Below, one piece after another: positions 53,397-64,000 of a DNA stretch of 64,000 bases; position 1 is the first letter of the stretch, and every line of letters begins with the position of its first letter. Below the pieces are notes generated by a model. The model did no database searches. It saw nothing but the letters and a program-made list of their open reading frames with translations, and was not told the DNA's origin. A program made the position numbers and the translations under genes. The DNA is from Octopus sinensis. Taxonomy: Eukaryota. The stretch covers positions 20,460,001 through 20,524,000 of the forward strand of contig NC_043018.1 in NCBI RefSeq assembly GCF_006345805.1, in the 5' to 3' direction.

Positions 53397-53782
53397 GGAG
53401 GCACAATGGCCCAGTGGTTAGGGCAGCGGACTCGCGGTTATAGGATCGCGGTTTCGATTCCCAGACCGGGCGTTGTGAGTGTTTATTGAGCGAAAACACC
53501 TAAAGCTCCATGAGGCTCCGGCAGGGGATGGTGGTGATCCCTGCTGTACTCTTTCACCACAACTTTCTCTCACTCTTACTTCCTGTTTCTGTTGTACCTG
53601 TATTTCAAGGGGCCGGCCTTGTCACTCTCTGTGTCACGCTGAATATCCCCGAGAACTACGTTAAGGGTACACGTGTCTGTGGAGTGCTCAGCCACTTACA
53701 CGTTAATTTCACGAGCAGGCTGTTCCGTTGATTCGGATCAACCGGAACCCTCGTCGTCCTAACCGACGGTGTGCTTCCATCC
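53397..53782 (+). mobile_element. SINE family D, full length
   Basis: 12-bp TSD ATAGATGCACAA at 53385 and 53783. Confidence 0.93.
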
Positions 53783-54094
53783 ATAGATGCACAATATACA
53801 TGGCTCCAAACAATGTCGTCACTGTTTTTGAGTGGGGGTTTACGCAATGCTGAAGGCTGTAACGAAAAGCTTCCTAGATTCTAAGTCAAGATTCGAAACC
53901 GAATCTACATTTTTCTACAAGTTCTTTTTCAGTTGTCCTCGGCTTTGCACCAGGAAATTTAGAAGTGTCAGTTGTTAATCTGTAATTTCTTCAAGTCAAA
54001 CTTGGGTCAAGGTTGATTACAGAGGGAAAATCCTTTGTTCAGCCAGACCTAATTTAGTTAGAGAAAAAGTATAAACACAGAATCCCTGTCAAAC

Positions 54095-54353
54095 GGGGGG
54101 ATATTCAGCGTGACACAGAGAGTGACAAGGCCGGCCCTTTGAAATACAGGTACAACAGAAACAGGAAGTAAGAGTGAGAGAAAGTTGTGGTGAAAGAGTA
54201 CAGCAGGGATCACCACCATCCCCTGCCGGAGCCTCGTGGAGCTTTTTAGGTGTTTTCGCTCAATAAACACTCACAACGCCCGGTCTGGGAATCGAAACCG
54301 CGATCCTATGACCGCGAGTCCGCTGCCTTAACCACTGGGCCATTGCGCCTCCA
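54095..54353 (-). mobile_element. SINE family D, 3'-truncated
   Basis: Homology to family D. Confidence 0.9.
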
Positions 54354-54719
54354 CTCTCATATACATTACTATGGTTCCTGAACCAGTCCTTTCATTGCTA
54401 TGGCCCTTGGGAGTCTCATCTATGTCATTACAATCCTGAAGTGTCTCACCTCCATTGCGATTGTCCTTGACCTTCTTATCTACAATGCTATGACCCTTGC
54501 GTCTCTTATCGTCTCTATATTGTTATCGTCCTGGAAGCACTCATCCATAGCGCTGTAACCCTCGAGTCACTCATGCATACACACACTCATGCACACACAG
54601 ACGCATGCACGCATGCACTCGTGATATCTGTTGTAGCCAGTCGCATTCGAAAGTTAATGGGTTGCATTAGTGCAAATGTTAGTGATGGTGGGCGGGTATT
54701 GTTGGTGTTGCTGTAGTCT

Positions 54720-56885
54720 GCTGTTTCTCGAAAATCAAGGTAAGTGGCTTTGTGCTGTGAGTAGGGCGTGTGAACATACGTGGGCTGTGGTTAGCTTGGA
54801 AGCAAGGTGACTTGCTCAACGATCTTAGGTCGCTTCATTAAGATGTGGCCGCCATTTGTGAAACAAGAATTTCCGGAAGGTATGCTCTAGCATGAATTTT
54901 CAAAGACTATGAGATATTCTCATCTTGTGGTCTTTTGGAACTGAGTGGCGGTGTAGCAGCGCTATCTCGAGAATCCTAAGATCTTCAAGTATGGGAAATC
55001 TTCTAGGACCCGGATGGTGAGGTGAATGGCGGCGAAGGTGGTGCCTTTGGACTGGTGGCCATTTATGCCCCGACAGGGGCTGGGAGGCCAGATTTTCCAG
55101 GCGTCTAGAAACATTTTGTAATCGTCTCACACTTTAATACTAGTGGGAGACTGGAATAGTATTTTGGATGCACGGAAGGACTGTATGGGTCTAGTACATA
55201 GTAAAAATGGATGTAAAAGCCTCAAAAACTTGCTCAAAAACGTTCAGTTGCCTGACAATTACCGACTAAATTTACTTGATGTGCCAGTGTGGACATTGAG
55301 CTAACACAACGAGTTATCCAGATAATACCTAGATAGAGAATTTGTTAGGTCAGAGGCTAGGGGTAGTGTAGGTTGTCCACAATTTAAATTGGTCAGTTGC
55401 TCAGACCACAAACTTGTGATATACGCTATCGATTTAGATAGGACCTATAGACAGTGATCCTGTTATTGGAAATTGAACGCGTCCTTACCGGCACGTAAAT
55501 GCTACAGGGACCCGATTAGCGAACTAGTCAAGCGGCATTTGATAGGGGAAATTGTCAACAACCAGTGGTGGATCGCCCTGAAGAGGACGATTAGTGTAGA
55601 ATCGATAGCGTTTAACAAAAGGCTAGGCATAGAATTAGATTAGAGGGAGAACTAGTTAGCTAACTAGAAGAGGAAATTACCAAAGGCATCGCGACCTGAC
55701 ATGCTAGCAATGAGAAAGGCTCTTGGACATTTCTTTAAGGCAAAACACTAGGGCTGCGTTGTCAGAGCTAAGGCCAGTGTTCTCAAACAGGAAGAAACTA
55801 AATGGTTAACGTGTGGAGGCTCCGTTTGTGAGGCATGTCTTTCTGCAGCTCGTCTCTTCGACGGAACTGCAGTCCTGGGTGAAGGATAAACCGAGACAAG
55901 GCATCTATCACCTAGAATGTCGTCCGGTGCTCAGTCCTCTACCAGTCGGGAAATGGAATCGGCAGGTGTTCCATTTTAGCAATATATAGGAGATTACTGA
56001 CGCAGAAGTGCCTGAGCGTCGACGAATACGAACTGGCTAGTCTGTTGAAGAAGACTTTCCGATCAGGAACTATCATGATACTTTCCAGATGTCTTTGGCT
56101 TGGCACTGCTACTGGAGGTGGGGGGACCACCGGTTCGAGATAAGCTCCACAGACACGGATGTGCTGTCAGACTGGCTTGTCCGAGGTGCGCGCAGAGTAA
56201 CGAAACCGTTTTGTACGCACTCGTTCGGTGTCCGGGCACGGCTGCTTTGTGGAGCTATGTCGAACATCTGCTGTTGGTGTGGGACAGATCAGTCCATCAG
56301 CTGAGTCTATAGTAATGATTGCCCACCGCCTTCCTTTAATCGGACAATCAAGGTAGCTTTCCTTTGTCTGGTGGCGGTGGCAAAAGAAGTTGTCTGGTGG
56401 AGAGGTTGAAAGGGCACGAGGACAGAGACATTTGGTAGATCCCTCATCAAGTTTTTCCAGTTTTACTTGAGAAAGGAAGTGAGGGTGAAGAGTGGGGTAC
56501 TGTCCTCGAATGAATTTGTTGAAAGCTGAGAGAAAGTTGCGAAAATGGCAAAAGTGTAGACCTATGAGTCGGAGAAAAGGAATTGGAGAGGAGACTTGCC
56601 CTTAGTGTTCAGGGAGATCTTGGATGGCAGGGTCCCTTGATTACCCCTAGAAGTCCTCCTGTATCAGGAGGTCCACATCACTATCATCCTTTTTTCCTTC
56701 TTCTTTTACTGTTGAATACCATGTATATTCCCTTCTTTGTTTTATTGTAAACCGCGTACACTTTCGTCTTCTTAAAAAAAAAAATCATTTCATTATATGT
56801 ACCTTCACCACTAAAACCACACACACACTTTACGTCTGTCATTGTATTTAACTCCATCACCCTGGTTGCTAATAAAAGAATTCAT
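54720..56885 (+). pseudogene. Decayed Tx1/L1-clade LINE ORF2 (APE endonuclease and C-terminal zinc finger; RT core missing) plus 3' UTR
   Basis: Frameshifted motifs VNIRGL, DVAAICETR, LVAIYAP, LILVGDWNSILD, YLDR, SDHKLV, YWKLNASL; later CPRC..SNETVLYALVRCP; AATAAAA at about 56870. Confidence 0.88.
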
Positions 56886-56938
56886 CACCATCCGCCACCT
56901 CTCCTCTCCTCATCATCATTATCATTGTTTATTATTAT

Positions 56939-57335
56939 GGCGGCGAATTGGCAGAAACGTTAGCACGCCGGGCGAAATGCTTAGCAGTATTCCGTCTGCC
57001 GCTACGTTCTGAGTTCAAATTTCGCCGAGGTCGACTTTGCCTTTCATCCTTATCGGTGTCGATAAATGAAGTACCAGTTACGCACTGGGGTCGATATCGA
57101 CTTAATCCGTTTGTCTGTTTTTGTTTGTCCTCCCTGTGTTTAGCCCCTTGTGGGTAGTAAAGAAATAGGTATTTCGTCTGCCGCTACGTTCTGAATTTCA
57201 AATTACGCCGAGGTCGACTTTGTTTTTCTCCCTTCCAGGGTCGATAAATTAAATACCAGTTGTAACACTGAGGTCGATGTAATCGACTCATCCCCTTTCA
57301 CGAAATTGCTGCCCTTGTGACAAAATTTGAAACCA
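56939..57335 (+). mobile_element. Two tandem SINE family B copies with different tails
   Basis: First ends GCCCCTTGTGGGTAGTAAAGAAAT; second ends GCCCTTGTGACAAAATTTGAAACC. Confidence 0.88.
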
Positions 57336-57354
57336 TTATTATGATTATTATTGT

Positions 57355-57673
57355 TGTGCAAGAATGGCCAGTATAAATGGACCAATTCTCAGGTTTCGCC
57401 TGTAAGTGAAAAGGGTGTTATAAAAGGAGAAAGGAGCTCTCTACCCCCCTCCTTTTGACCAGGCTCCCGTTTGCTTTTATGGGTTTTTCCACCAGGAACC
57501 TTTCGTAACGCCTCCCCCTATTGGGAGTTTTTCGTTGTTATATTATTTGATTGTTACACTGTTTTTACTCGATTTTTTCACAAACGGACAAAACCCTTTG
57601 TAACCTTTCGTCCTGTTTTGTCCCTTTATGTTTTCTAATCATGTGTGTCAGCCCTTGTCGCCAATAAAAAGAC

Positions 57674-57675
<2 letters not shown>
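57355..57675 (+). mobile_element. 3' end of a second Tx1-like LINE within (TTA)n
   Basis: ARMASINGPILRFRL* parallels VAKMAKV* at about 56540; T-rich 3' UTR ends CCCTTGTCGCCAATAAAAAGA. Confidence 0.55.
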
Positions 57676-57739
<64 letters not shown>

Positions 57740-58439
57740 TTGCTCCTGCCGTTTTAACGCCCTGCTATTACTGAAAAAAATAAGAAAAGGTGGCGTTAAA
57801 TGATTTAATAAGATATAACAATGGGAGTGCAGGAATTTTGCTTCATTCGCAATCATCTCTACCGACTCCTCATCTTCTAAATAGCTTTTATAAATATCAC
57901 TTTGTTAATCAAACTATCGAAAATTGGTTTTTGTCCCAAGCAAAAAAAAAAAAGCGATCAGTATCCATAAATAATAGAATAAATGTAAGGGAAACAACTC
58001 TTCGGTGTCAAGAGTTATTGTTCTTATCTATCTATTTATTTTTTTATTTATTTTTGTATTGATTTATCTCAAAATATTGGCTTCGATTTCTTTTCGTTTC
58101 ACCTTTTCATTCTTTATATCTTTCGTTCTACACCCCTGTATTTATACACTCACAAGCACGCACAGACATAAACATACATAGATACAAATATAGAAGTATA
58201 TAGAAAGCAGAAGATTCGAAAAAAAAAATTCTGTTATTATTTATTCACAGTTCCCAAAACGTTTTTCCACTCTCCCGTTTTGATATGTAATTTCTCTACA
58301 AATACTATTTTCCAGTATTTTTCAACTCTTGTACATGCCTCACACAAATATAACATCTTCATACGATTTTAGAGTGCTGAGATAAGCAAATGCGATTCAT
58401 GAGGAAACAGCTTGGATCATAAACCTTACATACATACAT

Positions 58440-58982
58440 TATGGCTGCCCCCTCGTTATCGAGTATGGCCATTGCACGAAGCTTTATCAATGTTGTTATC
58501 GTGCAATGCCTGTGCAAGAAGATTTTTTTTTAAAGTGAGGAAAGCCTGTGCACTGAGTCAATCCTGCACACTAAGCAACAGCAGCCATAATCCGAAAAGA
58601 AGAACAAGTCAACATCATCGGTAACCACTGAGCTGCAGGTTTTATGTCGGAATTATCCCAGTTACTTGAGTTACCTTCTCCTAGAAGGATGCCCTAACAA
58701 AGGCTGGGAGTCCTTCACTCTCAATGGTTTAACCGCGCAATCGGGTATTCAGTTCGATTATTTCTATATCCCCGCGCATGATACAGACTTAAGACATTTA
58801 TTGGATGGCCGTTGACTCTCAAGAGTTCCTCCGCCCTTTGACGGGTTTTGTTTTTCATCCCGCAAGGTGTCCAATAAACACCCTCTTCACCAAGCAAGCT
58901 TGGTGGGGTTGCCGGTTTAGTCGCCGACGACCCGACCATGCAACAGGTTGTACTGGGTTACATGTTACCAGTAGCACTCGAA
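58440..58982 (-). mobile_element. Non-autonomous RTE-derived element within (TACA)n
   Basis: GGGCATCCTTCTAGGAGAAGGTAACTC..AAAACC resembles the RTE 5' UTR motif GGCAACCAGTCTAGGAGAAGGAAAACTC; (TACA)n on both flanks. Confidence 0.55.
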
Positions 58983-59399
58983 AGTGTACATACATACATA
59001 CATACATACATACATACATACATACATACATACGTTTTCCCGTTCTGACTTCAAATTCTACCGAGGTAAACTTCAATCCTTTTGAGGTCAACAAAATAAG
59101 TACCACATTTCTATATTTAAGAGATGAGGAATTATGTACATTATTATGTAAATAATGTAAATAGTGTAAATAATGTAAATAAGTACGGTTTGAGCATTTG
59201 GGTCGATGTAATCGGCTTACGCCCTTACTCCGAAATTGCTGGCCTTGTACCAAAATTTTGAAATCAATATTACTGTGATATGGTTTTGCCAGGTGCCCTC
59301 AGCCAATGATCTGCGTGAATAGTTTTAGTGGTGGTGGTTATCCAGTCTCTAGTTGAATTTCTTTTCCTAGAGAAATTTGTTTACAAATCTGCACATGTG

Positions 59400-59765
59400 C
59401 TTACCAGCCACATGATTCCGGGTTCAGTCCCACTGCGTGGAACCTTGGGCAAGTATCTTCTGCTATTGCCTCGGGCCGACCAAAGCCTTGTGAGTGGATT
59501 TGATAGACAGAAACTGAAAGAAGCCCGTCGTATATATATATGTGTGTTTGTGTGTGTGTGTGAGTGCTTGTTCCCCTACCATCGCTTGACAGCCGATGCC
59601 GGTGTGTTTATGTCCCCGTTACTTAGCAGTTCGGCAAAAGAGACCGATAGAATAAGTACTAGGCTTACAAAGAATAAGTCCTGGTGTCGATTTGTTCGAC
59701 TAAATGCAGTGCTCCAGCATGGCCGCAGTCAAATGTCTGAAACAAATAAAAGAATAAAAGAAAGG
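59400..59765 (+). mobile_element. SINE family A
   Basis: Homology to family A. Confidence 0.9.
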
Positions 59766-61064
59766 AAGAATATTGACGCATTGAATCAATAAGTTATATT
59801 TCTCTGCCAAACTAAACGACATCTCATTGACCTTCTGGTATATGAGATTACAGTTTCAGCAAAGCTTTCACTTATAGGGGTGTATTTAATTTGACTCTCA
59901 TTCAGTTTGTAGCTGTATTCAAATAAGGTGTTAATTCTGTCTTTGGATGAAGACGAATGAGTATGCTATATGCATCTAGTTTTTAATGTATTTTCAGTGG
60001 GTTCTATGTAATTCTTTTACTCATCATCTTCAGATATCTTTCTTCATTGTGAGACATGTGCCGCTAAGTCGTCAGATGTGGAGTTGCTGTAATTGTATTC
60101 TACCAGATCGGTTGCAGTGTTTCTATTTCCAGAACCTAGTTAAGGGTTGGATTTATGAGATGCGATGTTATCCAAGCAATCCTAAAATTGAAATAATGTA
60201 AAAGTTAGCTACAGTTTCATTTCTAAAATCAAAATTCTGTGTGTGCATACGTGTGTGGTAGCGGCGGCGGTGATGATGGTGGTGGTGGTGGGTGTGTATA
60301 GTTTGTATTAGGTAAATGAAATTACATATCGCCGCTAGATCACTCGTTCAATTAATCCTTGATTCGCCTGCACACATCAGGAAAAAATATAAAGTACTGT
60401 TTTCATTGATATTTTTGTAATTAATGTATTTAGAATACAACGGTGTTGGTTTGTATATGTACTTGAGTGTGTGTGAGAGAGAGAGAGAAAGAGAGAGAGG
60501 GAGAGAAAGAGAAAGAAAGAAAGATAGAAGGAGAGATTCAGTTAGTATTTTATATTTTATCACCCTAAAATTGCTATGTATCGACGTAAGCATGGCTACG
60601 AATATAGCTAGCTCGTTTATATTCGTGACTATGCATATGTGCATGTATGTATGTGTGTGTGCGTGTAAACACATACATAAATATACGTGTGTATATGTAT
60701 ATGCATATATTTGTATATATACATACGTACATATATACATATATATATATGCATATACATATACCATACACACACACACACACCACACACACACACACAT
60801 ATTATATATATATATATATATAATATATATATATATATACATATGTATGTATGTATACATATATATGTATATACATACATATGTATAAATACTATATTGG
60901 TTCTACATCCTCGCGTTGTTGTGTTTTTTGTGCTTTCTTGTTTGGATTAACTATATATATATATATATATCTATATATATATATATAATATATATATATA
61001 TATATTCAAACACAGACACATACACATATACAAACGCACATGCATGCATACATGCATACATGCA

Positions 61065-61098
<34 letters not shown>

Positions 61099-61317
61099 CA
61101 TACATACATACATACATACATACATACACTTACATTACATTACATACGCGATCTCAGACAAGGTCAAGCAGAGGTAGATATGTTAATCCATTGAATATTA
61201 AACAGTGAAGGGCTGGAGATTGTGAATGAAATTTGAAATCGGAGACGAAAGGACAGAGAGGGCCAAAGAAAAAAGACAATGAGACAGAGGGAGAAGGACA
61301 CGGAGAAAGAGCGTGAG

Positions 61318-61367
<50 letters not shown>

Positions 61368-62106
61368 CTTGAGATGCCTGTTTAAAACTGATAAACGTTG
61401 AAACTGAAGGGTTTTTTCTATATTTACGCTGCGTTCAAATGGCAAGCCCTAACATCCAAGGTAAATTAATGTTTTTTTTTTAATTCTTTCTAGTGATCCC
61501 TCTTAAAAATGTTTTGCTTTCCCCAAACTTGTATATCGGTTGTCTTATGATTTCTTGGAGTTTAAATTCGATGTTTTACGAAGAAGAATTAATAGTTTAC
61601 AAATAATACTTAGCGGTTCGGCAAAGGAGACCGATAGAATAAGTACTGGGCTTACAAAGAATAAGTCCCGGGGTCGATTTGCTCGACTAAAGGCGGTGCT
61701 CCAGCATGGCCGCAGTCAAATGACTGAAACAAGTAAAAGAGTAAAAGAGTAAAGAGTAATACTATATTTATTTCAGTAGAATTTGGCTAATTTACTACCT
61801 TAAATACAGAAAAAAGTGACTAATTAGACGAAGTTACAAATTAGCTGAACAGTTTTGTACAATAAATTTGAAAGATGAGTGATACATTGCAGGAACTGGC
61901 ATTCTTTGTTTTAGTATTGTAAGTAAAAAATTTCTTATTCTTTACTACAAGTAATAACTTGTCCTATACTTTTCCAGGTGTAATAACTTGTCCTGTACTT
62001 TTCCAGGTTTATAATCTTAAGAATATTACTTTTCATGCTCGCATTTTTCCATGCAATACATATATATATATATATATACTTTATTTAAAAGCAGCAGAAA
62101 TTCAAC

Positions 62107-62154
62107 AAAACCTGTTACTCTGAGTTTCACGTTCCCGTTCGTCGGACAGTTTTT
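62107..62154 (-). ncRNA. Minimal type-I hammerhead motif, U4C core variant, in a Penelope-like repeat (62078-62230)
   Basis: Minus strand AAAAACTGT CCGACGA ACG GGAA CGT GAAA CTC A GAG TA ACAGGTTTT; all three stems pair. Confidence 0.72.
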
Positions 62155-62227
62155 GTTTGCATATTACTCTACCCCTGGTATTTGAGTACTCTTTTTCCAC
62201 CTTGTTTCACATTTATGTTTTTACTCC

Positions 62228-62292
<65 letters not shown>

Positions 62293-62306
62293 ATGTATAT
62301 ATATTA

Positions 62307-62343
<37 letters not shown>

Positions 62344-62586
62344 TAATTATATATATATAATATATATATATATATTATGTGTGGGTGTGTGTGTGTGATC
62401 CTGTTCCCTATCACCCACGAACTTCTACGGATTCTCTACTGACTTTCTACACTTCAGCTGCACCTCTTCTACCTATGGATTACACTGGACTCCTCTCTTA
62501 ATGACACCCCTCCTTGTGACCTCGTGGGTACCGCTGGCGATTTTTTCCCCTCTGTCTTCATTTCTCGGGATCTTTCCTTCTCCTAT

Positions 62587-62622
62587 GTTTCCGACGAAGA
62601 GCTCCGCTCGAAACGTTAAGCC
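62587..62622 (+). ncRNA. Hammerhead-like motif in a Penelope-like repeat (62400-62730)
   Basis: GTTT CCGACGA A GAGC TCC GCTC GAAA CG TT AAGC; palindromic AACGTT stem III; the repeat's 3' part recurs at 60904-60952. Confidence 0.55.
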
Positions 62623-62734
62623 CTCCTTCTTCCCTTCTTTCCTGAGCGTCCAATAATACTTTATTTGTTCACGTCCTCGCGTTGTTGTGTGTTTGTTTTT
62701 TTGGTGTTTTGTTGTTTGGATTAACTATATATAT

Positions 62735-62778
<44 letters not shown>

Positions 62779-62979
62779 TAAAGGGTAAAGACCTCCTTCG
62801 GTCATGAATGACCATGGGATTGCACCTAGAAAGTTACCCTCCTAGACACAAGTCCGGGCAAGGTTGTTTATGGAAGGCCAGCAGTCGCCCATGCATATCA
62901 GCCTCCCCTCTCCACGCCACCAGTGTATCCAAGGGAAAAAAGACAAAGGTCGATACAGCTTGGCACCATTTATAGATAT

Positions 62980-63033
<54 letters not shown>

Positions 63034-63092
63034 TATATAGGTATATATATATATATTATATATATACACACACATATATAATGTATATATAT

Positions 63093-63174
<82 letters not shown>

Positions 63175-63633
63175 GTATATATATACACACACACATACAT
63201 ACACATATAAATCTATATATACGACGGGCCTCCCAACAGTTACCATCTCTCGAACTCACTCACAAATCATCAGTCGGTCAAGGGCTACAACAGGAGACAA
63301 TGGCCCGAGGTGCCGCGCAGTTTTATTCACACCGAAACCATGTGGCCGGGAAGCGAACCTCTGAACTACACAGCCATGCTTACGCTTTTATCAATATTAT
63401 TATGGTTTTCTTTTTTTATTATTGTGATAAAAATCATGAGGTTAAAGGGATTCCGCTTATTTATGTAAAAAAAGGTGAGACATCATCACGTACGACTAAT
63501 TAGGCCAATCAAAGAATAAACAACTAATAAGGCCAATCAAAGCAGTAAAGTTTCTGATACCAAAAGTGAAACTGATATAATTCGGCGCACGTACAAGAAA
63601 CACGTGACTTAGACAGGGAGATTAAACAATATA

Positions 63634-63946
63634 CAGTGGAATTCTCGGTTTACGAATGCTTCACGAAAAAATTCGATTTACAAACAATGTTTTTCGACTA
63701 TAAAACGTCTCGGGTGACAAACGGTGTCTCGAGTAACGAACACGCAGGCCGGCATTAACGGCTGCGACAGGCTGAGGGTATCAGAGGAAGAGTGTCAGTT
63801 ACTGTATGGCTTTCACTCAGACCACATCCGAATTCGTTGTACTTTCTCTTGAATATCCTATGAAAAAAATAGTATCGGCTTACGAGCGCTTCGTGTGATG
63901 AACAGCCTTCAGGAACGAAGTAAATTCGTAAATCGAGATTTCGCTG
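63634..63946. mobile_element. pogo/Tigger-like MITE
   Basis: TA-CAGTGGAATTCTCGGTTTACGAA ... TTCGTAAATCGAGATTTCGCTG-TA; TIRs with TA TSD. Confidence 0.8.
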
Positions 63947-64000
63947 TACGAAAGTAACTAGTTTTAATGGTATTGCGAAAGTAACTAGTTTTAATGGTAT

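Noticed and set aside
53397-53470. tRNA-Arg gene
   Set aside because: It is the head of a multi-copy SINE with a TSD; the acceptor stem is incomplete and it continues into the SINE body
58900-58982. HDV-like ribozyme at the 5' end of the RTE-derived element
   Set aside because: I could not build a convincing P1/P3/P1.1 nested pseudoknot by eye; a descriptor search is needed
60030-60080. Minus-strand CTGACGA...GAAA...TC hammerhead-like spacing
   Set aside because: Stem I and stem II do not pair
63947-64000. 27-bp direct repeat at the window edge (also a 29-bp repeat at 61950-62010)
   Set aside because: Only two units visible; ordinary local duplication

Overview
Eukaryotic, AT-rich, microsatellite-laden DNA whose repeat content fits an Octopus (cephalopod) genome; it is intronic or intergenic. 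No intact protein-coding gene is supported, and nearly all listed ORFs are SINE or microsatellite artefacts. The window is dominated by four or five recurrent SINE-like families (my labels A-D and F), non-autonomous Helitrons, piggyBac/hAT/pogo-type MITEs, and decayed RTE, Tx1/L1, R4/Dong and Tc1 fragments. The most notable observations are six type-I hammerhead-ribozyme motifs from about five different Penelope-like or retrozyme-like repeats (including U3-A8 and U4C core variants and dimer-type palindromic stem III), and a headless retroposon family whose 5' end is a variable tandem array of modules each ending in a predicted H-type pseudoknot. A few splice-signal-bounded candidate exons are reported at low confidence. 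Repeat boundaries were read by eye and are approximate.
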